A stretch of 64,000 nt of DNA from Rebecca billardiae RCC1528 (taxonomy: Eukaryota; Protista; Haptophyta), in assembly GCA_965240325.2 (NCBI GenBank), contig OZ251227.1, positions 2,418,001 to 2,482,000 on the forward strand. Direction: 5' to 3'. The position numbers and the translations under genes are program-made. The notes under the pieces are model-generated. The model did not search any database. It was not told the DNA's origin and saw only the letters and a program-made list of their open reading frames with translations. Positions within the stretch are counted from its first letter, which is position 1, and the number at the start of each line of letters is the position of its first letter. Shown here in pieces: positions 22,577 to 32,971 of this stretch.

Positions 22577-22897
22577 GCTCTCTGCTTTCGATGGGGGCGC
22601 CTCGGAACCGCTTCGAGGCGTCCCCGTCTGCAATCGTCCCATGCTCTGCTTTCGATGGGGGCGCCTCGGAACCGCTTCGGGGCGTCCCCGTCTGCAATCT
22701 TCTCATGCTCTGCTTTCGATGGGGGCGCCTCGGAACCGCTTCGGGGCGTCCCCGTCTGCAATCTTCTCATGCTCTGCTTTCGATGGGGGCGCCTCGGAAC
22801 CGCTTCGAGGCGTCCCCGTCTGCAATCTCCGCATGCTCTGCTTTCGATGGGGGCGCCTCGGAACCGCTCCCAGGCGTCCCCGTCTGCAATCTTCTCA
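22577..22897 (+). repeat. Tandem array of 5 x 64-bp units, each containing a 17-bp hairpin
   Basis: tctgctttcg starts at 22581, 22645, 22709, 22773 and 22837. Hairpin: gatgggggcgcctcgga-accgc-ttcgRggcgtccccgtc. Confidence 0.92.
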
Positions 22898-23538
22898 CGC
22901 TTCGCAGTCTCGCTTGCCTTCATCGCCTGGCGGGTGGGTGCTGCTCTCTCCTTCTCTGCCGCCTCCTCTGCAGTCTGCAGTGCACTGCTGTGTGTGGGGA
23001 TGCGACCTGCTACCTTATCTGACGCTACGCGTGCGCGTGCGTGTCTCGCGCCTGCTTCCCGCCTGCGCCGCCGCCGCCGCGCATGTCTTTGTGCCTACTC
23101 GTCGCACTTACCGTCGGGTTCGTCCTCACACAATCCTGCGGGGAGCCCCTCTGGGCCTCGGCCGCCTTCGGTCCTCGCGCTACCCCTTCGGCGGCCTCGG
23201 CCTCTTCGGGCCCCCGGCCACCACCCCTACGGGGTGTGGCATTCCACACCTCCTTCTGGGTGGAGGCCCTCGAGGCCTCTGCCCCCTGCGGCGCCGCGCT
23301 CGGCCCAAACTTGCGTTGGGGGAGGGCGTCGGCTGCCAGCGCCTGCGGTCTATCTACGTGCTCCATCGAGTACTTCCTCTTCGGCGTCTAGGCGGTCGGC
23401 TTCTGTCGGCGTAGTTGCTCGAATGCATCGGCGAGTCCTTTCTGGTCGGCGTCGCATCCTGGACGGCTTCGGGGGTGTGACCTAGTCACCTCACGCTATA
23501 GGGGTATCTGGGCCAGCCCGCCGCCATGATCGGCTGCT

Positions 23539-24690
23539 CCTTTAAATTCCCCTTTATAACGGGCTCCGGGTGATCAGACTGGCGGCCGAAGCCTCCAGCC
23601 CTACCCTGGCCAGCCCCCAACCAACCACCACCCTCACCCAACCTCAAACCACTGACCGATACACCGAGTGCCTTGACACCACTCCGCTGTGGACAGCCCG
23701 CCTCCAGAGGGGGCGGGGGTATGCCATTGCCGACAGCATACAAGCCCAACACTGTGGGGTGGTCCCAGGTACCAGCAGTGCACTGCCTTGCAATTCGAGA
23801 TCATCGAGTTTGAGCCGATTGTCGGCAGACTGGGCACCCCCTAGGGCGCCCCAGTGTGGGCAGAGGGCCAGCCACTAGCCGATCCCTGCGCGGGGGAGGG
23901 GACGGAGGGGGCTGTCAGCGAGCCCAGTAGCTGGGCCGGGGTCTGGGCCACTGGTCCTGGCAGTGAGGCGCCTGTATTTCACTCGTGCTGCTATGGAGGC
24001 AGATGGTGTCATGTCAGACATGTGTGTGATATCGGGCATCAAGTCAGGGCGTGGGCCGCTGTAGGACGCAAGCAGAGTGGTGGCGATGGCTAATACGCCT
24101 GGGGAGGTGTCGTTTGCGCGCCTCTTTCTGCTGCTCTTTGCAGGGGGTTGCATACTTCGTTGCGCAGGCTGAGCCTGCCTGCCAGTTGGTGTTAGGATAG
24201 GCACATTTGCCTGGTGGGGTGGGCAGTGTCGTTTGGGCGGGGGGCTGTCTTGCTGAGCTTGACTAGGAGGAGGCAGCCTGCGCCTGGGGGCTGCCAGTGT
24301 CTTGGCAGAGCCAGCAGGTGGCTGTGTGGCCTGCTGTCCAGTGTCTGACTGTGTAATGCCGTTGTGAGCTCCGTGACCAGTGCGACTGCCCGCAGCAGGG
24401 TCTGCCTCAATCTCAGGGCCCCCATGTGTCAACACATTGTCCGACGGACGCACATCGCTGCGAGCCAGTGGGGTAACATATTGGAGCGGCCATGCCACAA
24501 GAGGTGTGGCAGGCTGCAGAGGCCACGCAATCACCATAGGGAGGGGGCGAGCACGCTGTAGGGGCCATGCCCGCAAGAGTAGCTGAGGGCGCACGTGGTG
24601 ACCGCGCGCTATTGGCTGGTGCAGGTTTCAATGCTGCTAACCGCTGCTGACCTGCTAGGGCGGCTGACCGGACCGTGCCTGGGCGGGCAG
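23539..24690. mobile_element. CpG-depleted dispersed repeat / degenerate transposon fragment
   Basis: 23581-23887 aligns inverted to ~55958-56342, and 23539-23640 aligns inverted to ~57530-57631. It has 0-2 CpG per 60 nt around 24180-24360 versus about 10 in genes. Confidence 0.7.
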
Positions 24691-24807
24691 CAAGTTCCGG
24701 GCGTCGGGTGCGCGCCCGTTATCATCGACCGCCATGAAGTTCCTGGTAGGCGTCTGTTACATCGATGGTTTCATCACGCGCCGGGCGCGTCGACAGTGTC
24801 GACACAT

Positions 24808-25740
24808 ATGGCGACGCAAGTCGCCGTGGATAGGGTAGCCTCGGTCGGCTTCGCGCAGGAGCCCAGCGCCGAGAGTGTGCGCCCGAGGCGCGGGCCCTCG
24901 CTCCCCGACGCGAACAATGCGGCACTGGCCGCGACGAGCGCACCCCCGCGCCCGCGCGCGGAGGGCTACCTCAAGGACCCGATGAGCGTCGCGCCCTCCG
25001 AGCTCGTGCCGTACGACATCCAGCGGCACGACCGGGTGGGGATCCGGTACCAGTCGGCCGCGCACCGCGAGGCGAGTCTCGAGCGCCGTGCGATCCTGCT
25101 CGGCTTGGCGTCGTACCGCTTCGAGCCGCCGCCGCCGCCGCCCGGAGCGGGCAAGCAGTGGGACCCTGAGGCGCTGCGGCTGCGCGAGAAGTTCATCACC
25201 GAGAAAGCCGAGCTCGGCCGGACGTTCACGGCGCAGAACACGGCGCGCGCGTGGGCGCGGATCGAGGAGCGGCTGAAGCGCTCGCAGTCCGCGCTCGAGG
25301 CCGTGCACATCCTCGAGGAGATGCGCGTCTTCCTCACCACCGACCCGTACATCACGCGGATCGACGTGGACGCGTCGCGCGAGATGCTGCTGCACGTGAA
25401 GCTGCCGTTCGAGCGGCTCGTGCGCAACGTGTGGGTGGAGGGGCCGGAGGTGCAGTACGACCGCTCGAAGCAGCACGTCTGCGCGCTGCTCAAGGCCGAG
25501 AGCGACGCGCGCGCCGAGCTCAAGGCCGTCGGCTGGAAGCAGGTCGAGTTTGGCCCCAAGCGCGAGGTGTCTCAACTCGTGCACAACCTCGACCTGCAGG
25601 CGCGCGCGCTGCGCGCGGCGCAGACCGCCAGGCGAGAGGCGATGCGGCCAAAGTTCAAGGGGATGAAGGTGGAGCGGCCGAGGATGACTTCGACCCAGGC
25701 CAACCAGCGCGCTCTGCTCGCCTCCTTCCGCCAGGGTTGA
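24808..25740 (+). CDS. Hypothetical protein (~310 aa)
   Basis: Strong host-like codon bias from ATG 24808 to TGA 25740; no family recognised. Confidence 0.75.
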   Translation: MATQVAVDRVASVGFAQEPSAESVRPRRGPSLPDANNAALAATSAPPRPRAEGYLKDPMSVAPSELVPYDIQRHDRVGIRYQSAAHREASLERRAILLGLASYRFEPPPPPPGAGKQWDPEALRLREKFITEKAELGRTFTAQNTARAWARIEERLKRSQSALEAVHILEEMRVFLTTDPYITRIDVDASREMLLHVKLPFERLVRNVWVEGPEVQYDRSKQHVCALLKAESDARAELKAVGWKQVEFGPKREVSQLVHNLDLQARALRAAQTARREAMRPKFKGMKVERPRMTSTQANQRALLASFRQG

Positions 25741-26351
25741 GAGCTGCTCAGGTGAGCTCCGCACACGCGCTCGCCCGGCGGCGCGCGCGCGCGGCGGGAC
25801 TAGGGAGCCCCGATGACGATACACATCTGCGCTTGGACTGAGCATCCGCGTGATGTCAACCTTTAATCTCTTCACTTTGAACCGAGGGGCTCCCCCCCGC
25901 GTGCGCACTCACCGGCAGCAGCCGGCCTGCCAACCGCATCCATGCGCTGACTGACGGCACACTTGCCCCGCTCGCGTGTCCGCAGGCACGAGTGCCAGCA
26001 TTCGGCGACGCGGGGCTCTTCGCTTGGCGCGTTTGACCCCTGCAGATTGCGTGCGTGCCGTCGCGAAGACTTCTTCACGCCGGACGTCGTGTCGCCGCCC
26101 ACGACCGCCCTCCTGGTGTGGCCCGTCATTTCATCTATCCGGCCGCTCGTCGTTGAATGCGCTCGGGACCGGACTCGTGAACCGTCAGTGGTGAGTGCAG
26201 AGTGGAGTCAGTGGCACTCGATCACCAGGCTTCAACAGGGCTCATCACCCGTTACTTGCCATCACTGCGCTGCTTATAATTATTGCACCACTGCCCAATA
26301 AGACTCAGCAGGAGGGCGCCGCAATAACTCATAAGCCGACATGAATATATG

Positions 26352-28289
26352 TAGCCTGGTCCATCCCGATTTTCGCCAGTGAAAAAGCCTTTTCGGATTT
26401 TGGGCGCCTGATTTCTCCCGATTTTCTAGTCGCTCGTCGCGCTCGTCAAAAATCGCCACCGGCCGTCCGACGGCTCGCCGCGACGAAGGTCGGGAAGGGG
26501 CTCGAGAGCCTCGACTGGACGACTGCGCCGCCTCATGTCAGGTGTAGTGCTGGACACATCGTTCGGGTGCCCCGGTGGTGTGCGTGCACACCTTTAGCGA
26601 CATGTCTGCGTTGCTTCCGCCGCCCGCGGTCCGTCGCCAGGTCGACTTCTCGCCTGACGGCGCGCGTCGAACGCTCACCTGCTGGGTTGCGCGGCGCCTT
26701 CGAGACGGGCCACCTCGGGTAATATGCGGGCCACGCGACGGCTCGTGTGGGCCACCGCCTACCCCTAGCATGTACTCGATGCCACCACCAGCGTTGGGCG
26801 CGCTGCGCATCGCCAACGCTTCATCCGGCCAGTCCCGTCACGTTTGCGCATGGGTCGTCCTGAGCGGCGGCTGTCGATTTGTGCTCCTCGTGGAGCTGTA
26901 TGACGGGCTGGTGGCGAGCAGGATGGCTCGCCTTGCGGGGCTGGGTGTGTACAGTCGCAGTGTAGTGGCTGCCGGCTGACTCCCATCGCCTGGGTGCTGC
27001 TTTACCGTCATGGCCTTTGCTGCGAGCACAAGGTCGAGGATCGTACCGCGGTCTGCGAGGCAGAGTCGACGGAGTCGTCGCTTGAAGATGGTTGAGAGCG
27101 CTCATACGTCTTCCTTGGTGTCGTGCGGCTACTCCAGCACGCAAGGCTCGCGCTCTGGCACGTGTTTGGTGTCCATGGGTGGCACATTGTGCCATTCGGG
27201 TGGCTCGGAAGCACGTGCTCGGGTGTCTTTCCCGTTTACGCGCGGTGGGCCAAGTCACCACGCAAGGCCAGAGCATGTCATGGCACGCAGAGGGTGCCCA
27301 TGAACGATCCCCACCCCGGTGGTGGCCGTAGGCGCACTCGAAGCGGTCGCATCGTCACCCGCGGATCACATCAGTCCGCCGTTGAGGCTGTCGGGCGAGC
27401 AAAGACGTGCGATCTGACCCTTGGACGGGCAGCTAGAATCGCGATTATGCCTCATCTAAGGACGCACATGTCGTCGTTGTAGGCAGTACTGATGCCCCAA
27501 GTGAAAGGGCGGGCGTGGCACGCGACTTGACAGCTTGAAATACTCGATGCACGCCGCCATGGACACGCGATCCGGATCCATTGCGAACCTGCCGTGTGGC
27601 TCACGGCGGCGCGCGTTGTGCCGCAGATCGGCCAGTTGCCACGCAGGAGATGGTCTCCAGACCAGGTCCAGCACCTGACCGACTGCCGCACGCCTGGCCG
27701 GGTGGGAGTCCGGCCCTCTTCTTGTCTGCAGGAGTGCGCGGAAGGCCAGGCGGAGCCTCGTCCGACCACTGCACCCCGAGCGCCGCACTAATCGTGCAGC
27801 CTGGGACAGCTACCCACCTATGGCGAATATGTAACGACATAGTGGCATTTTTAAGTATACAGGTCCAGAACTCATACGTATGCGGGTACATTGCCCATAA
27901 TATGAGGGTATAAATGGGTAATATATTCGATCTTGCAGTAGTTGAGTACGGCCACTTGCGCACAGACCACAGCCCATCCTAATGGCCTGTACCAGGGTTC
28001 ATGCTCGCCTCGACGTACGCCAATAAGTAAGTTCGTGCGTTTGGGCTCATTTAGGCTAAGTACTTACCCACATTCGGACTGACGATTCTCTATGTGTCCG
28101 TAGTTGTCCGCGGCGCGCGCGCGCACGCTCACGACGGGCCACGGATGCGATTTTTAGGCCGAAACTTTTGCTGCGCCCGGGCTGGGCCCATTTGTTACGC
28201 TGTTTCCGGGTGTGAGCGCGTGCCTAGGGGCCCGCGTTCATTTGGCGATAAAATCCCCGAAAGTGCTCCAGTGCGTTTGGACCAGGCTA
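26352..28289. mobile_element. 1.94-kb degenerate DNA transposon with 12-bp TIRs (TAGCCTGGTCCA) and 7-bp TSD ATATATG
   Basis: TIRs at 26352-26363 and 28278-28289; TSD at 26345-26351 and 28290-28296. The uninterrupted target (catgaatatatgaccgcg) is present at 30479-30496. Confidence 0.85.
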
Positions 28290-28389
28290 ATATATGACCG
28301 CGTTCCGCGGTCCTTTTCTGCATAGAATCAACGCAGTTGGGGGCCCGCCAGGGCTCATCACCCGTTACTTGCCATCACTGCGCTGCTTA

Positions 28390-30414
28390 TGGCCCGCGGT
28401 GCAGGGCGGAGCGCGTAGCGTGGAGCCCCGCCGGGGGCCCTCACTACGTTGTCAAAAAGATCTTTTGATCAAAGAAAAGGGGACGGGGGACGATTTTGAG
28501 GGCTGTTGGAGGGTGAGTTTTCGCTTTTTCGAGGGGTTCATTCGCCCATTGCTCTGCATTAGCAAGACGCGATTGACGAAATAGCCGCGCCCGGGCCATT
28601 CCGCATAAGTCGATGGACGGACGTGCATTTGTCAGTATATCTGGGTGAACGAATCTGCGATTTGTTGTAAATCTTCATAGCATATTGCCAAATAGGACGA
28701 GGACCCAAGCGCTTGGGTCCTCGTCCTATTTGGCGCGTGGGTGCGGGCTGTGGGCTCCTGGCAAAAAGTCTTCGTCAAGTACTCAACTTTACTAACGACG
28801 AACCTTTGCGCGCTGCCAAATTACTCAACTTTACACCTATAATGACCCCAGTGGGCGGAAATGGCCATATCTCCCGGAGATCGGGAGTACTCACACGTGT
28901 GAGTCATGTTTCGTCCTTTTTTCCGAGACGATGATTGGTCAAACGCTCAGCATTCTATGTCCACAATTCCATATCGACACAACACAACTCGAGACAACCT
29001 TCACTTTCGAGCGGGCGAAAGGAGCTTTGCCTTCGGACCCGCAGGCATATGCGTTCTCGCTGGCACGCGGCGCGCGCTGCCGCTCGCCGCCGCTGCGCTC
29101 GATGCGAGCGCGGCCGCCGCCGCGGCAGCGCGCGGGCCGGGCGGCTGCGAGGACCCGGGCGCGCTCGTGCGCAAGCGGCGGCGCCCGGTGGGCGGCGCGG
29201 CGGCGCCCGCCGACGCGCACGGCAAGAGCGAAGGCTGCGGTGCGCTGAGTGACGCCGAGGTGGAGGCCGCGGCCAGCGAGCTCGCGCGGCCCGGCGCGCG
29301 CGCGGTGCGGCTCGGGCTGGGGCACGAGGCGCGGACGGCGGCGCGCTCGGCGGCACCGGCGCGCTGGATGCGCTCGCCTGCCCGCTCGCGCGGCACGCGG
29401 CTGCGAGGCGCAGCGCGAGCCGCCGGGCTAGGCCGCGTGCGCCGAGGCGGGCGAGACGCTCGGCGTGCTCGGCGGCGCGCTCGGCATCACGGCGCGCTGC
29501 TGGCGGCGCTGCTCGCGTGCCCTTCCATCGTCTCGCTCGCCACATCCGCCGCGACGGAGCAGTCCAGCAGCAGCACCGTTTCCGGCATGCGCACGCTGGC
29601 GCTCGCGCACGCCAACTGCGAGTGCGGAGGCGCTGGGCGCCGAGCTGGCGAAGCGCGGCGCCGAGCTCGACGCGCTGCGCGACGCGGCGACGGACGCGCT
29701 GCCGCTGGGCGCGCGTGGCGCCCTCGTCGCGACGCCCCGTGCAGCAGCTCGAGCAGCCAGCTGTGGAGTAGACGGCCGTCGAGGCGATCGGCGCCGGGTG
29801 CCAGCGCGCACGGGCTCAGCCCGTGCCGCTGGCTCGGGCCGCCGCAGCCGTCTTCGAGGCCGACGCGGCGGAGGAGGCGGCGGGCGAGCTGACGGCGGCG
29901 CGGTCCGGCGGTGGAGCAGGCGCGCACGCGCGGCGGCAGGCGCGACGCGCCGCTCGCCTCGTTCCACCCCGAGCTCCGCTCGGTCTCGGTGCGCGGCTGC
30001 CGGTAGCGCAGGCCGGGGCAGCACTGCGTGGCGCGCGCTCTCGCTCCGTCTGCCGGCACGAGGTGCGCCGGCTGAGTGAGCGACCAGCGGCCCGTCGTCG
30101 AGCGCATGGCGCCGCGCGAGCACCTCAAGCAGACTGTGCGCCCGCACGCGCGCACGCGCCGGCCCGCGCCGCGCGGCGCCTATCGCCCTGCCTGCGCGCG
30201 CGCGCCGCCCCGCGGCGGCCGCTTCCCCGCGCGGCGGCCCGCCGGCGGCCCGCCGGCCCGGTGGGCGGCAACTGAGTTGTGGCGGTGGCAGCTCCGAGGC
30301 GAACGAACTGTTACACATGATTGTCCGACTGAGACAGCACTCAGCAGCCGACGGAGGGTGCACCGCGGGCCCCTAACTGCGTTGGTTCTACGGAAGGACC
30401 GCGGAACGCGGTCA
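28390..30414 (+). mobile_element. Non-autonomous element E1 with asymmetric terminal inverted repeats and a 3' hairpin (Helitron2/Helentron-like)
   Basis: GGCCCGCGGTGCA at 28391-28403 and its inverse at 30359-30371; hairpin GACCGCG-GAA-CGCGGTC at 30397-30413. The empty site gctgcttataattattgc lies at ~26268-26286. Decayed coding-like interior. Confidence 0.75.
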
Positions 30415-30488
30415 TAATTATTGCACCACTGCCCAATAAGACTCAGCAGGAGGGCGCCAATAACTCATAAGACGACGACATGAATATA

Positions 30489-31774
30489 TGACCGCGTTCC
30501 GCGGTCCTTTTCTGCATAGAATCAACGCAGTTGGGGGCCCGCGGTGGCCGTGCAATCGCGGCTCTCCGCCGTAGTGGCAGTTCGCCAGTTGAAGTCGGTT
30601 CTGAGATGACTGAAGCTATATTAGTCCGACCGTCGCCCTGCCTGCGCGACCGCGAGACTCATTCACACTTCACACAATCACAGCAGCGGACCTGAGACCG
30701 CACCCGGCACCGGTCGTCAAATCGGACGTCCGTCTGACAACTAGCTGCCAAATGTCCAACTGGCTGATCAGCTCGGATCCGACCCGTCCGCGATCGTGCC
30801 ATCGGCATCGGAATTACTACTAGTAGCTGCCAAACTGTGTCCAACTCTGGCTGATCAGCTCGGATCCGACCCGTCCGCGATCGTGCCGAGTGAGTCGTGC
30901 CGCGGAGCTCGGAGTACTGAAGGAGTCGGGTGTGACAGCAGGGTGCTTTAGCGCTGCGGCCCGTGCCAGCCAACGACCAGACGTACTCTGGCCACTTGAC
31001 CCGTTGCACGGGTGAGTGACCGTACGCCCTGCCTAGTGCCTACCGCGCGCGCCGCGCGACCGGCGACTCGGGGTGATGGAGAGCGGATGGCGACAGCAGT
31101 CTCAGCAGTCCTCATGAAGACGATGAAACTGGCGGCACGGGTGCACGAGGTGGCAGGCGAAAGCGCGCCGACGAGACCGCATTTGACACACCTGAGCCGC
31201 ACGCGCGTGCCGTCGCCGAGCGGCGAGCGCTGCAAACGCGCAACCGTACCGCGCCGCGCCACGACGGCGCGGCACTAGCTGATGCAGGCCGTACTGCCGG
31301 CACTGCTTCTGCGATCATGCGCCACGGTCGCAGCTGACTGCGTGAGCAGCAAGCGGGAGGCGGGTCCGGAGGCACGTGCAGGCGCCGTCCCGCATATCCG
31401 CCATCGCCCATCGTGCCGGGGCACGTCACCTCCGACGATCCGGATGTGGCCCAGTCCGGACGTCACGCGATCCGGGAAGACGAGTACGATTCGCTCGTAA
31501 CGAACCGTTACACTAATGTCACGTCCAGCTGACGTCCAGATCGCACTTTACTTAAGGGAATCAGCTGGGCGCGGTTTTTTTTGGCCTGATAGACCTCTCA
31601 ATGCGATCTCAAAAACTCGAAACTCGGTCTCCGCCAGCCCTAAAAATCGCCCCCCGTCCCTTTTTTTCCGCCGCCCCCCGTCCCTTTTTTCTTGATCAAA
31701 GATCTTTTTGAAACGTGGTTCGGGCCCGCTGGTGCGGGCTCCACGCTGCGCGCTCCGCCCTGCACCGCGGGCCA
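30489..31774 (-). mobile_element. Second member (E2) of the same asymmetric-IR family, tail-to-tail with E1, with a different interior
   Basis: 3' hairpin end at 30489-30545. The 5' end at ~31620-31774 is homologous to 28390-28525 (cgcgctccgccctgcaccgcgggcca; tgatcaaagatcttttt). Confidence 0.75.
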
Positions 31775-31910
31775 TGACTCCTGCTAGGCCACGGTGACTT
31801 AGACGCGGGCCTCTCGTCCAAGTCCCGAAGTCCAATGACACACTTGACACAGTAAGCCTCGTCATATTCTGTCGTCGGACCCTCCGATCCAACTGCCTCA
31901 ATAATGAAGC

Positions 31911-32813
31911 CTAGCCCGACTTCGTGGCCTCCACGATGAAGAGCGGGTCGTTTGTGTTCGGGCCCGTCGGCGAGACGTCGTACGCGTGCGCAGGCTCAAA
32001 CCCGCCCGCGTAGTGGAAGTACGCGCCGATCACGAGGGCGTGCTGCAGGTCGTTCATCCCGAGCCACATGCCGATCGCCTTGGTCGGGAAGCACCGGTTG
32101 GACTGCGAGAGGATGAACTTGCCCCCGGGCTTGAGCACGCGCCTCACCTCGCGGAACACCTCGAGAGGCTTGATGAGGTAGTCCACACTCACGACGCACG
32201 TGACGGCATCGAAGCTGCTGTCCGCGTACGGCAGCGTCGGGTCGACGTTCAGATTCCGCGGCTCAAAGTCGGAGAGCTGCTTGTTGGCCTGCAGCTCGAG
32301 CGCGTTCATGCCCGTGCCGGAGATCCGGGCCATCTCCTTTGGGAACGACTCGGGGTAGTGCGACACCCACGACGAGCAGATGTCCAGAACGGCTGACCCC
32401 TTGGGGATGTTCTCGCGGTAGTAGTTCGTCAGCGCGCGCACGGCGCCCTCGTCGATGTGGTACACAAACCGCGGCATGCCGTAGAAGTCGGCATCATCAG
32501 TCTCGTCCTGGCGCCGGAACGCCTCCGGCGGGAAGGGGTAGTCCGCGGGCCACGGCTGCGCGAACAGCTGCTCGTCGAGGCACACCTTGGGGAACTTCAT
32601 CCCCACGTCTGCTTCGACGAAGCGCTGCGCGACCACGCGCTGGCCGTCCACGTTGATGATGTCCTGCACAACGCCGGGGGGGGAGGAGCCAGCGGGTTGC
32701 GAGCTCATCGTGGCGGCGATCAGTGTCGAGCCAGCGACCACGCCACGCCGCGAGATTGGCGTCAACGACCGCAACGAGCTGAGCGCCGCAGCAACGACCA
32801 TGCCAGCGAACAT
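31911..32813 (-). CDS. Class I SAM-dependent methyltransferase (type 11), probably plastid-targeted
   Basis: FRRQDETDDADFYGMPRFVYHIDEGA, LDICSSWVSH, GMNALEL, VSVDYL, SNRCFPTKA. N-terminal signal/transit-like peptide from MFAGMVVAAALSS. Confidence 0.9.
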   Translation of the reverse strand: MFAGMVVAAALSSLRSLTPISRRGVVAGSTLIAATMSSQPAGSSPPGVVQDIINVDGQRVVAQRFVEADVGMKFPKVCLDEQLFAQPWPADYPFPPEAFRRQDETDDADFYGMPRFVYHIDEGAVRALTNYYRENIPKGSAVLDICSSWVSHYPESFPKEMARISGTGMNALELQANKQLSDFEPRNLNVDPTLPYADSSFDAVTCVVSVDYLIKPLEVFREVRRVLKPGGKFILSQSNRCFPTKAIGMWLGMNDLQHALVIGAYFHYAGGFEPAHAYDVSPTGPNTNDPLFIVEATKSG

Positions 32814-32971
32814 TGCCGAAGGCGCGCGAGCCCGTCGGCGCCGCGATGGCCGGGAAGCCCGGAAGCCGAGAAAGCATGGCTGCCGATGACCGGAGCATGG
32901 CCGCCCACGTCGCAAACCGCTGCATCATACGGTAGGGTCCTCGCTGCATGCCTGCATCCAGGAAGGGATGC

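Noticed and set aside
22577-22897. CRISPR-like array of palindromic repeats
   Set aside because: The 25-nt linkers are near-identical rather than unique spacers.
28390-31774. One 3.4-kb transposon with long TIRs
   Set aside because: The outer flanks do not form a convincing TSD, and the empty site shows E1 ends at 30414. Two tail-to-tail elements explain it better.
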